Part shown: piece after piece, positions 51,556 through 63,225 of the stretch
Layout: the number at the start of each line of letters is the position of its first letter
How positions within the stretch are numbered: the first letter of the stretch is position 1
Source of the DNA: Anthoceros angustus
Lineage: Eukaryota; Plantae; Anthocerotophyta
Length of the DNA stretch: 64,000 nt
Assembly: GCA_010909165.1 (NCBI GenBank)
Contig: MU008167.1
Span: 434,001-498,000, forward strand
Direction: 5' to 3'
Position numbers and translations under genes: made by a program
The notes under the pieces: model-generated
What the model saw: the letters and a program-made list of their open reading frames with translations, nothing else
What the model was told of the DNA's origin: nothing
Database searches by the model: none

Positions 51556-52086
51556 TATTAGAAAGGGCAGCCTATGTTACACTTTATGTTAAGATTTGGA
51601 CCCCTGGATGTAACACTCATGTTGCAATTTTGGGGCCATGTAACACTTTTTGGGCCCCTTGTTACACTTTAGCTTGGAAACTAGACCACAGCTTTTGTTG
51701 CAATCATGTTGCAATGGTGTTGCCATTATGTTGAGATGAAGTGAGAGGTGCTTTTGCCCTCTCTCCATATTGCAACATGATTGCAACATCTAAAGTGTTA
51801 CAAGAGAGGTCTTGTAACACTTTTCTAGGCTTGGTACCAAACCTTCTCCCCATCTACCATTCCCTTTTTACTTTTGCCCTATGGAATACCAAGTTTTACA
51901 TAGTCGTTACTACTAATACGTCCATCAATACCACCACACATAAATACCCGTATCAATACATTCTTCGTACCATATGTGTATCATTTACGATGACATATAC
52001 GGTATCGTATTTTCAATGATATATGTTTATATTATATTTTGTATGTAATAAATATGTATGTCATACGAGTTACGTATGTCGTCCAT

Positions 52087-52476
52087 ATGTTCATTATATG
52101 GTACTTTGTATTTACCATCCGTGCACGCATCTTTATGCCCCAAATTTCTAGCACAACGGGCTATTTTTCTCGACGTATCGGTCCGTACATGTTCATTATA
52201 TGGTACTTTGTATTTACCATCCGTGCACGCATCTTTATGCCCCAAATTTCTAGCACAACGGGCTATTTTTCTCGACGTATCGGTCCGTACATGTTCATTA
52301 TATGGTACTTTGTATTTACCATCCGTACGCATCTTTATGCCCCAAATTTCTAGCACAACGGGCTATTTTTCTCGTCACGTATCGGTCCACATACATGTTC
52401 ATTATATGGTACTTTGTATTTACCATCCGTACGCATCTTTATGCCCCAAATTTCTAGCACAACGGCCTATTTTTCT
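52087..52476. repeat. 102-bp tandem repeat x ~4
   Basis: Unit ATGTTCATTATATGGTACTTTGTATTTACCATCCGT..CCCAAATTTCTAGCACAACGGGCTATTTTTCTCGACGTATCGGTCCGTAC. Confidence 0.95.
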
Positions 52477-52924
52477 ATCCAAAGGCCTCCTAAAAGGCAC
52501 ATCTTGAATTCATGGGTGCCTCCTCTTCCGCCTCCATGTTCTCCTCTGCCTCACCGCCATTACGTGTCCCCCCCACGGCTAGGAACTGTCGACTTCCCCT
52601 GGCTCTTTTTTAACGCACCTGAATGTTCCCCCCTAGTCCTCCCTCCTTCTCTCTCCCCCTAGACAACTGCCTCATGTCCGTTACGCGCCTATTTACCCTT
52701 GCCTCGACCATGGCTGCTGTTGGCTGCTCCACTCCTGTCCTCCCTCTGCCACCCGCCTCTTTCACTCCCTTGCACTGTTTTCACTGTCCACACTCAACAC
52801 ATGTATGTTACTTCGGTGACAGACACTCAAGGCTTCTCGTACTCTGACACCGGATCGCCCTCCACACACATCCCTCCTACCGTGCACCAGCCTTGTCACT
52901 CCCTATTCACCCAAGATCCTGCCC

Positions 52925-53435
52925 TACTAGCATCGCCTTCTCTAACGTCAGATCACACTCTGGTTACGCATCAAATAAAATTTTGAGGTAGGAAATCATA
53001 GCATGGAATGGGTGTTGGCCTCACCTTGTAGCTATACATGTACATGAGACCCCACCATTCTTCCATCGCCTTCCATCATAGTCTGGTTACGCATCAGCTG
53101 AAAATTTGAGATAGGAAATAACAGCATGGAATGGGTCTTAGCCTGACCTTACAACTACTTGCAGTTGTACATGTACACGAGACACCCCGCCATGCTACTA
53201 TCGCCTTCTCTAACATCAAATCACACTAGCTAGTTACGCAACAGCTGAAAATTTGAGAGGAAATCACAGTATTGGAACAGGTCTTGGCTTGACCTTGCAA
53301 TGCTCTGCAAGTACAAGATCTGCTTGCGGCTATGCACGCGATCCCGCCTTGCCACCATCCCTTCACTAACGTCATGTCACACTGGTTACGCATCAGCTGA
53401 AAAATTGAGATAGGAAATCACAGCATGGAACGGGC
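52925..53435. repeat. Diverged tandem repeat, 4 units of ~125-155 bp
   Basis: Core CTGGTTACGCATCAGCTGAAAA(T/A)TTGAGATAGGAAATCACAGCATGGAA recurs four times with variation. Confidence 0.85.
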
Positions 53436-54329
53436 CTCCTCCTCTTCCTTCCCCTCTCCCCCTCCTCCAGCTCCTTTTTCCATCTTCCCCTCCTCCTCCT
53501 TTACTTGCCAGCCTCATGCCTCTCGGCTTCGCATCGGGGTGCATGGTCACACGGGCGGTACGAATGGCAGGGCTCATTAAGTTTGCGGTAACCTTAGGCG
53601 ACGGGCTTTAACACCTCGCCCTTGGCCCTGCTCACGCCTTCACGATGCCTCCCAATCACCTCGAGACTTGGACTTTTAGGGCAGGGCAGGGCAGGGACAG
53701 TCACATGCATCCCGGCCACGTGGGTCCCATCACCACCTATCCTGCCGTCGTCCACATGTCCGTATGCTATGTAGTTCATATGCCATACATAGCAGTGACC
53801 CGGACGCGTCCGCGCCACGGTTGGCCACCACCGTCGCGGATGCCGCGGAAACCGTGGTTGAAGATTTGAGATGAGCCGATCCATCCAGACTGGATGTGCA
53901 GATGCAGATGGGGAACACCGGCACACCCGACGGTGGAACCGTACGGTGCAACGGACCGGTGTCGGTATGGCATGGGACAGGCGCCGGGGCACCTAGGATG
54001 GATGGCTTGGCTGCTAGGGGTGGGTCCCACATGCTCTGGCAAGGCAGAGCAGGAGCTGGCTGTGTGACGCTGCTCCAGCTGCAGGCATGGCGACCTACGA
54101 CGATCATACAGGCCATTCTCGACATCGCAGACAGATTGATGAGAGCAACTTACAGTCTTAGCAGACAAACGTAAGCGTAAGCTAAGCAGACGGCGGACGA
54201 CACAGAAAGAGTCCAGCGCACCTAGTCTAATTAATTACGGATACCAAGTAACTTAGTGTTAAGTATTGTTTGCGCGTCAGGTTGTATGGCCTCGGCTCGG
54301 TGCCATTCTGCAAAAGTTACCACGAAATG

Positions 54330-56785
54330 TGCCAAAAGATGATCATTTCAGTGTGTCTGAAAAGGAGCACCCCAGCAAGGATTTGAGGGGTGGTCTTGCA
54401 AGTGGTTTCCGACATGCAGGTGTGAAGAGGGGATGACAATGTTGCCTCCTGTGGACACTGCTTTGGAAGACAGCAAAGACGAGGGCAGGAATCAAGTGAT
54501 AAATGAGGTTCTTACTTAATGAAAGGCTCAAGCAAGCAGAGGCATACGTTGAAGTTGGAAAGCTTCCTCTCAAGCTATCAGGTGTGTGGGATATTCACTT
54601 TCAGCACCCTTGTTACAGAAAGTGTTTTGTCTTTGCAATTGCTTAGTTGTTTCCGCTTGACAGGTACACGTCTCCATGATTTCCCTGCTAGCCTCTCAGG
54701 ATGATCTGAATGCTAGGAAGCAGCGTCTGCGCACCTTGCTTGCAAGGTTTACACGTCGGCAACCCGCCAGATCTGATGGTGACTGGACAGGTTTGTGGCA
54801 TGACTTACGTGGTCTCCATGAGGAAGCAAATTTCTTGGAGAGAGATTCTTTACTGGCAGAATTCTGCCGAGGGCTTTTGAAGGCCGGCAAGCTTTCTCTT
54901 GCTAAGAGTTATCTGAAGGGTAATGGAAATGCTTTCCTCCTAATGGAACAAGTGGAGAAGATAGTGCTGTATGCAGCCCGAGAATTCTTTTACTCTGCAT
55001 CAAGCCTGGACTCTGTAGAGGTTTATGCTCTTACCTTGGGAAGTGACTGGTCATCCTTTCAGTCATGAACCTCCTTTGAATGGATCTGTTCCTGCTTGTA
55101 CATTTTAGTGAGCAATGTTTGATCAAACTTATGAATTGTCTCTTCAGGTTGGCCTTGCCAAGCAGTGCCTTGCGCTTCTACTTGAGAGTGAGTGTGCAAA
55201 TGCAGTGGCGGATCTCTACGAGGCTATCTCATTCAGACTTCCAAATCTGGGTGTCACGCTGTTACCAATGGAGTCTAGGCAAATGTCAAATGGAATGGAA
55301 GCTGTGAGACGAGCAATATCAGCCCACCCTAATTCATATTTGAACGTGCAAGAGCGCATCAAGGTTACAAAGCTTCTGGGCTTAACCACACTTGAGGACA
55401 TTGCGGAGGTTGAGGTTGAAATTGGATGGAGGGCTCTGGACACAGGTGACATTGAGCTTGCTCGAGAACTGTGCCTTGAGGTGGCCAGGAAGGGATACAT
55501 TCCAGTTCAGGAAGTTTGTGCTGCATTAGGTCGACATTCTCAGCTGGACTTGGACACTCGAAAAGAGCTTCTTGAATTTGCTCTCCTCCACTGTGATTTA
55601 GTGCAGAAGGAGGACATTGCAAGTTCGTTATCAGAAGTAAAATCCAACATTAATCTGCAGCAGTTGGAGGATGACACCAGCCGATTAGCAATTCCAACTG
55701 AACAAGGAGGGCCAGTGTCTCCTCCATCTGACTCACCACCTTCAGCTCCAGCTGTGGTCAATGGTACCTTGCCAGAGCTAAACAGTGAACCAGGCGTGAC
55801 CTCTGAAGGTGAGGTCAATGGATTGGTTACCGCCTCTGGATCTAGCAGCACATTGGCACTGCGGAGGAGGGGAAGGGAGTATCTTTCTAAGGTCACAAAA
55901 GTAACTCAGATTGGTAGCCTGTATAGTTCGAAGGTGGTTGCACGGAAAAAGATCATTGGGTTCTCCTGCTTGGAGCTGCCCTGGCTCGTAGAAATGGGTT
56001 TGGACAGGGGGGCTGGGGTTGCCAACGTGGAAGACCTTGGAGACGGCAAGTGAGGTGAACTGTCTCGAGCCACATGCATGCTTGCTAAGTGAGGTTCCAA
56101 CTGGGATTTCCGGCATGCATATTTCAGGGATAGCGTTATCAGCCCAGATGATAAGTCGTTTTTAAAGTTAGTCCAAAAAGCGATTGTCCAGCTGATGAAC
56201 ACTGCATTGGTTTTCTGTCAATTGCAAGATGCTTCTAGGATGAAGGGAATGAACAATGCACCATGTCTTCAATGCTAGTATGGAATGCACAGAAATGGAT
56301 GCATTTATGTAGTTTTTTTCATTGCTTGCTGCCCACCAGAGCTGGTGATCCATATGCTGTGTTTTTGGCATGTCTATCTCTGCTGCATCAAGATGTTGTA
56401 AGCTGTCCACTTGCATGATGCATATGCAATCGGTTCGTTCTGGCAGGTGAAGTAACTGCTGAATCGGGTCTTTGGAAAGAGTGGCAACGGGAGATTGAAG
56501 GAAAGAGAGCCTTGCTCAAATATGCAGAGACAACAAAGCAGATTGTCCCAGATGGTGAGTTGAAGTGGTTTTTAGCTGGCAAGAAGGCGTACATTCAGAA
56601 TACCATCTTGAGGATACTAGCAATAAGGACATCTGCAGGTGCTTCAGCGGCACGTGTGTTCTCTACTCCTGTCTGACACGGTAGGAGGAGAAAATGCGGA
56701 GTGAAGTTTCCACGCTCTGGAATGAGCTGAGGCTTAAACATGCTGAGATTGTGCAGAGCTTAATTGCAGATGTGTACCCTTAGTT
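54330..56785 (+). pseudogene. Internal, intron-retaining fragment of MAG2-interacting protein 2 (MIP2/NBAS, Sec39 domain)
   Basis: ERLKQAEAYVEVG; RFTRRQPARSDGDW..LWHD; EFCRGLLKAGKLSLAKSYLKG; AAREFFYSASSL; RLPNLGVTLLP; WKEWQ..FLAG; no N- or C-terminal regions; stops and frameshifts. Confidence 0.85.
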
Positions 56786-56823
56786 AGAAGAAGAAGAATA
56801 TAATTTAGTCCATTTGGACAGAA

Positions 56824-57002
56824 TTTTTCTGTCATGGGACTTGGTACTTAACAACTTGGACCATGGTGTGTTGCTCCATCCACTCCCTTTAGGCAGGCAT
56901 CCCATCTAAATATCCATCAGGATACTTAGATGGGATGCTTAATAACACGATGTTCTTATAAATGTGTATCCATTTGGCTTAAGCCATTTGGACACACATT
57001 TA
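56824..57002. repeat. Dispersed hairpin-rich repeat, copy 2 (inverted relative to 5451-5635)
   Basis: Hairpins GCATCCCATCTAAATATCC-ATCA-GGATACTTAGATGGGATGC (56897-56938) and TAAATGTGTATCCA..TGGACACACATTTA (56959-57002). Confidence 0.8.
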
Positions 57003-60000
57003 CAGTTACATGTTGCGAAAAAATGCTGACTAGCATGTTTTGATGAGTTTGTTTGTGACTTCAGTTTAGTGGTGACAGAGAGAGGAGGAGTTAGGGAATA
57101 AAATTATAACAAAATCAGGGTTTTGTAACAGAAGTTTATGGTTTTAGAGTGAGACCTTTATAGGGTGAAATATGTAGTATATTAAAATAAATAAACAAAA
57201 AATAGATGTAGGATAAACTTTCAACTCCATGAGGAAACACGTGTCTTTAGAGGGATAGTTAATAAATAATTATAAGATAATAATAAGACTATAATCATAA
57301 GCTGTCTACAGCCCGCAGCAGTAGCAATGTAAGTTGGACGTCATTGTTCCCATGGCACACCAGGCATTTGTCGAATTTTTCATTCGAACAAGACCTCTTA
57401 TACTTTTTTTAGACCTAGAGGTCCACTCAATAGACCATGTCGCATCATAAACATCTTATTTTAGAACCACTTAAAAGACCATGTAGCATCATCTACAATT
57501 TTTTTTTTGTTGTCCCAGGATGGTCGCGCAGGACTCTCTCGAGTGAATTATTCAGTGCGAAACGTTAGCTACATAAATAAACTTGAGTTGGCCACCCAAC
57601 TTCATTCGGAAGTTTAGGTTAACCTGCTCATTGGCAGATTTACAAGTAGGGTTCGTGAGGACCACCCAACTTAATTGGGATATTAAGGATAACCTGTTCA
57701 TTGACGAATTCACGAGTAGGGTTCGTGAGTACCATGTCTGTCGCTGAGACTTGATAGCCTTACACAAAATATCTTGGTTTTTTTTTTGTAGTCTGATTTT
57801 GAGGCACGAGACTTTATCGCCTTGGATACAATATTGATTTTTTTTTGTAGCCTGATTTTTGGGGCACTTTTTGGTGAATGACACATGGGCTTTGAGAGTG
57901 TGATGAGGAGGAGTGAACAACATAACATGATCATTGACAAAAATCAACATGACTTTTGGACTTTTGGACGAGAGAAAACTAGGGGGATCTATGCTTGGGC
58001 CTCATATATGGCCGCAAAAGTTGAGAACATCAGCATGTCTTTTGTAGTGCTGAAATTTGAGTGTGGGTGGTCTTCATTGGTTAAAAGTGATGGGGAGGTG
58101 CTTGCCCAATGCCTTTGCCATGGGGTTCAACTACTAGGTCTAAAATGACATGAAGTGATAGAAAAAGCCAGAAAGAATGACCGGGCTTGGATGTATGAAA
58201 TCCGCTCTACTAACCGCAATAACAAGCCTGCGCTGTTGCAATCGATTTGCTGAGATAAACAAGAGCTGCTACTTCCCACACGGCCCACACCTCATCAAGC
58301 ACGGCTCTCTCGCAGCTCCTTCATCGTCTTGCTGCAACAGGTCACCCGGGGGAAGATGGCGGATGATATCTACGACCATGCTGATATTGATTGTGTTTTC
58401 GTTGCTTCCACATCCTGAGCAGCTAACATGTGGAAATTGATGTTGAGTGGAACTGTCGAGGCTCGGTTACTTTCAGACGCAAGATTTCTGCTCTGACTGC
58501 CTGCCAGTGCTGGATGCTGCATGGATTCTGGAATCTGTCACACTCAACATTACCTAGAGTTACTCTCAACAGTACCTAGAGTCACGCTCAACATTACCCA
58601 GTGTCATGCTTACAAGTATGTGGATGAATTCATGGGATCCAGCAATTACTAACTAGTAGAGGAAGTTTTTTGAACCTGATCGCTGTCTGTATCGTCAGGT
58701 CAAATATGTTTCTCAGCAGATGCACATGGCAGAACATGCACAGGCCAAGTCTTGTTGCGCACGGGTTAAATCAGGGGAGCTTGCCGAAAAGTTCCGCTCA
58801 AGCAAGTACTGGAGGTGGTAAGCTGGCTAAGTCAGGCCAGGCCAGGCCATTTTCCATTGCTCTAAACAAGTGACAGGTTACATGGCCGCAGCCAATAAGA
58901 CAAGTTTCCCCTTGTCCTTTTGGCAACAGGTGGTCAGCACTGACCAGCACTACACAAAGTTCACGCGGTGCTTGTACTACGGCGCAGCCGTTTCGCAGAT
59001 GACAGACTGCCTGATTAGGTTTGGTCTGCAGTATGCCCGCTGCTAGCTCTTGTCATCATTCCCCAAGGAATCATTCTTGACAAGCAAGCTGAAAACCAAG
59101 CGCCCAAGACATGAGATTCTCTTCAGAGACGTCATGGCACGAGGATGGACTCAAAGGCGAGACTGCCACTGGCGTGGAAGCAATGGCAAGTTTGTTGTGA
59201 ATCTTCTGCTCTTCATGCTCATGATCAGAGCTGCAGCCCTTGTACCATCAGTGGGAGCTTCACGTTCACTTGGGTTCATAGGTGACTGACTTGCCTAACA
59301 CTCGCCCATTCTCATCCTTTTGTGGGGCTGCCCCTTGCAGTTCTTACTTCTGCGAAGAGCTGGAGTGTGCATTGTTGAAGGCATTAACACAGTTGTTGTC
59401 CCTGCTGGCCCGACAGGATTTGAAGACAGGAGGCTTCTCCCCGTCCAGAGGCAAGATTTGTCTGTAAGAGCTGCTCAACATTATCTTTTCTGTCCAGTGA
59501 CGATTCTTTAGAAATTGCAAAAACGTTTTGCCCACGACTTCAGGGTCGTCTTCCCTCCTGAGTAGATTGTCTCTGTCGCAGTGGTTCCAGGAGCAGTTAC
59601 GCCGACTGAGAACCTCACCGTCCCAAAAGGTCCCATCGCCTCCTCCCGCCAGCACAATACCGAACACAGGAAACCAAAGCAGTGCTCGATCTGGCATTTT
59701 GGCCAACTCTCCTACAGCCACACCATTGGCAAGTAGTGGGAAGAACTTCAGAATGTAGGCAACAGCGTCTGCTTCAAAGACAGGTAGTACGGATTGGGTA
59801 CAAGACCCAACAAGGGCCTGCCTAAATGAAGCAAGTCCTGCTGAAATCTGTGCAATTAGATTTTCTCGTACCAACGTTCTGGACTGAGGGAGTACTAGCT
59901 CCGGATGGTGTTCAGGATATCAAGCTTTGCTAAGTTCCAACAAAATAGAGAAGTCTTATTCCATGTCCAATACAAATGTACAAGAATACAACGAGGTCAG

Positions 60001-60144
60001 ACACGAGATAAAGTTCTGAGTGCGTGTGCAGTCTTTCCTCGGTACTATCAGCTGGCCCGACTCCAAAAACCCATATCATCAAATCGAATTCAGAACGAAG
60101 CGGAAGAGATTCCAGCCCAGGAATGGTGCCCCAGCCAAAGCACG

Positions 60145-60549
60145 CTAGACAGGAGTATGGTGGCCCGCACCCGCATCAGGGGTGGTAACAGGAGTGTGCT
60201 GCCTGTTCACCTCCTGCCTCAATCCCTCTGTTTCAGCTTTGTTCTCTAGCTTCTTTTCGTGCTGTTTCGCCTCAGCTTCAGACTCCTTGATATGCTTCCG
60301 CTCGTGCGCCTCCTCCTTAGCAACTTTGTCCTTTGCGGTGGCCTTCTCAACCTGCTCCAAGACCACAGGTTCAATGTCTTGGAAACCCACATTACACGAA
60401 ACCAGAAATCTTAAGCTCAACCTGCCACAAGTTATTGTTACCTTCTCATCGCCGGATGCCTTCATCTTGTCCCATTTCTCCTCAACCTTGGCCGCGGCGT
60501 CTCCAGCCTTCTCCTTGGCACTGGCTACTGCGTGCTTAGCACTCTGCAT
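60145..60549 (-). CDS. Late embryogenesis abundant protein, LEA_1/group 4; exons 60549-60442 and 60351-60145
   Basis: MQSAKHAVASAKEKAGDAAAKVEEKWDKMKASGDEK|VEKATAKDKVAKEEAHERK..EAEAK.HE.K; 90-bp GT-AG intron 60352-60441. Confidence 0.92.
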   Translation of the reverse strand: MQSAKHAVASAKEKAGDAAAKVEEKWDKMKASGDEKVTITCGRLSLRFLVSCNVGFQDIEPVVLEQVEKATAKDKVAKEEAHERKHIKESEAEAKQHEKKLENKAETEGLRQEVNRQHTPVTTPDAGAGHHTPV

Positions 60550-60674
60550 CTTGGAAGTGATAAGGGACTCTGAATTCACTGCAAGGAAAGCTTGATCACT
60601 GAGTACGCGCAAACTCCTATGTCTCGATAACAAACAACGTTAACTGTGTGCCAATCGGAACCGCGCCTAGTGGT

Positions 60675-60870
60675 TATATAGGCCGTTGTTCCGTTGTTAG
60701 CGTTTTTCAATCAACGCGTGGCCAAGAGCTGCAACCAAGAACTGCAACGTGCCTCCCTGAAAATACTACGTGGCTGAAGCATTGGATTTGCATGGCTCTG
60801 CTCATATGTTGCGCAACGCGTGGTACTCGGTTTCTGTGACTTTGATGATGGAGTAGCACTCACACGTAGA
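60675..60870 (-). promoter_or_regulatory. LEA promoter: TATA box plus ABRE/CE3-like cluster
   Basis: Motifs as read on the + strand: TATATA 60675-60680; ACGCGTGGC 60714-60722; AACGTGC 60746-60752; TACGTGGC 60767-60774; ATTGG (CCAAT on -) 60781-60785; ACGCGTGG 60816-60823; ACACGT 60862-60867. Confidence 0.75.
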
Positions 60871-61178
60871 GTCCTCGACTGCAATCTTGCAGGTTGAGAG
60901 ACAAATGGGACGCGTTCACTCGCGCATTTTTGGGTCAGGTCTTGATTTTACCTCTGCAACCTGGCTCAATCTCACAGCAGATCAAAACATTCCGGTGAAG
61001 TTTTGTCCGGTCCGGAAGCAATGCTCGGTGTTCTGGGCTTATGTTCCACTAACTGGCAGCAAGCTGCCCATGGGAAATGAGTAGTATATTGTTTGTCTTG
61101 GTGAAATCCGGGGCGCTCTTTGGCTCTCGGGACAACCTGGTTAGAGGATAGGGTCACGAATTTCCATGGTTCTCAACT

Positions 61179-62630
61179 GGAAAATGTGGAGACTTTATAA
61201 AAAGAACGAGATGGGAAATCCTATCTACCGTGAGACGAAAGGGGATAACCCGCGATGGGGCACCAGGCCAGGGGTGTGCCCCGCACTAATCTACCCCCAA
61301 CTGCCCCCAAGATGTCGCCGTCCGAGATAGGGAAGGGCCTACTTACCACTGGTGCCGCCAATGTCGCGTCTCCAGCACTTGTGATCGTCCTAAAGATGGC
61401 GCTGGCCAACCCCCTTTGCAGGGCGATGGAAACCCGTTTCTTGAAATAAGCCACGACACTAGAAAGGGGAGGCCAACCCCGCCCCTGTCGTTGTGGTAGG
61501 CCCTTGCACTCCTTGATGAAACGAGAGAAAACCTTACCCAAGGCTCCATGGGTTTCAATGGCAAGGGGATGAAAATGTGACCTTGTAGTATGGGCCTGTA
61601 CTTGTAAATTTTCTTAGTTGCGCTCCCTTCCGACGCCCAACTCGGAGGGTTGATGATGACATGGTCGCTAACAGAATCTCTGGTTGGGTCAGTGACAACC
61701 ACGTCCGCAACCGAGACCTCGTCCCCCCGCGTCAAGAAAAAGTCAGCTCTGATAGAGACACCATCGAATAGATTATACTGCTACTTCTTGAAAGGGAAGA
61801 AACCGCTCTCCTTGGCCGTCGAGAACATGACGCTCTCGGATGGCATCGTGTGTAGCAATACGCTGTCCACCCATTGGACAATGCACTAAGTGGACCCCAG
61901 GATTGTCGAAGGAGGCCCCACAGCAGCAGGTCGGAAGAGAACAGGCTAGTGGTTGGACCAGACCCAGGCGAAACCTCATCGCAGTAGAAAAAGAAGCTAG
62001 TGCGATTCGGAACGCCTGAATGTAGGGGTGGGCCAGAGCCAGAAACCTGCACCCTTCCTTGAGCAAGAGCGAAGGCGAGCTCTAGCGGGACGAGCAATAG
62101 ATGAATCCAGAAGATAGGAGTTGGGTTTGGGTTTTGTTTTATTCATACCAACAGAAAAAAAGGAAAAAGAGTTTTAAAATGAAGAAGAAAAGGGTGCAGC
62201 ACCGGGACTTCCCGGGACCGAGAGGGCCTAGCTTCCTGGAAAAGCCGTTGGCGCCAAGGCCTCCATGGCCAAAAGACCTACGTCACCAAAAGTGACAAGG
62301 AGGGACGCCTGTCACCGCGCCAGGTCCCCGGCCACACATTCTAAGGAACTTGGGCCAATAATGTCTCCCAGAGACTGCATAACTTGCTTGTCAAAATCTC
62401 CAAGTTGAGAAAGACAAAATGGAGAGGGGGGACAGTACGAATGAGGTACCCAGGGCGGCGCGCGAAGCAGGAAGAGAGGATGCCGAAGGCCACCTGCGGG
62501 TCGCCCAACCTAGAGAGGTCGTTGATATGCGCAAGATCCTCTTTCAAAGCAGCATCCACAAATTCTTGTATAAAGCCCGAGAGCCGACCGAGACTCCAAG
62601 GACCCGCAGCCCTTTTGGAGAATCAATACC
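61179..62630 (-). mobile_element. 5'-truncated CRE-like non-LTR retrotransposon (end of RT, CCHC, RLE) with an internal replacement
   Basis: GLRVLGVSVG; LGDPQVAFGILSSCFARRPGYLIRTVPP; CCCGASFDNPGVHLVHCPMGGQRIATHDAI; VADVVVTDP; KKIYKY; HIFIPL; RVSIALQRG; candidate TSD 61164-61178 vs 62631-62645 (12/15). Confidence 0.9.
62188..62217 (-). rRNA. 5S rRNA gene fragment (last ~26 nt) plus Pol III terminator; non-functional
   Basis: Minus strand reads TCCCGGGAAGTCCCGGTGCTGCACCC followed by TTTT; matches my recollection of the bryophyte-type 5S 3' end. Confidence 0.8.
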
Positions 62631-62969
62631 CCATAGTTATCAATTCCAGAGTTATCCAATCGGATCATGTTGTCAGAGTTTCCAATCGGATCATGTTTTG
62701 ACACGTCAAAAAAGTTCCTCCGGAAGATCATCATGCATAATTAGTCATCGAAATCTTAGGTTTTCATAGGTCATTTCCTTGTAAGTTAATTCCCATTAGA
62801 GCTTCCTTCCTCTTTCTCCCCTCCTCTTATCTTGATTAAAATAGTTCAAGTCAACACCAACAATGAAAGTAAAACATGTATATTAATTATTATTAATATA
62901 ATAACAATCTTTTACTGGAGACCAAATTTGTAAGAACACTTCATTCCTACTCCGAATCCATGTCCCTCG

Positions 62970-63225
62970 GGATGCGATTGCAAGACAACCAGGTCTGGAG
63001 TTGTCACATCGGAGGCGATTGCAAGACAACCAGGTCTGGAGTTGTCACATCGGATGCCATCGCAAGACAACCAGGTCTGGAGTTGTCACATCGGCTGCTA
63101 TTGCAAGACAACCGGGTCTCGAGTTGTCACATCGGATGCAATTGCAAGACAACCAGGTCTCGAGTTGTCACACCGGCTACTATTACAAGACAAAACCAGG
63201 TCTCGAGTTGTCATATCGGATCCAA
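62970..63225. repeat. 41-bp minisatellite x6 with internal inverted repeat
   Basis: Unit ATTGCAAGACAACCAGGTCT(G/C)GAGTTGTCACATCGGNNGCN; GACAAC...GTTGTC stem in each unit. Confidence 0.93.

Noticed and set aside
52027-52507. Repeat-protein ORFs on both strands
   Set aside because: Artefact of the 102-bp unit, a multiple of three
53580-54240. GC-rich segment with short inverted repeats as a possible structured RNA
   Set aside because: No tRNA, snRNA or other recognisable motif; stems are short and expected at this GC content
62970-63225. CRISPR-like array of palindromic repeats
   Set aside because: No unique spacers (units abut directly), no cas genes, eukaryotic context; it is a minisatellite
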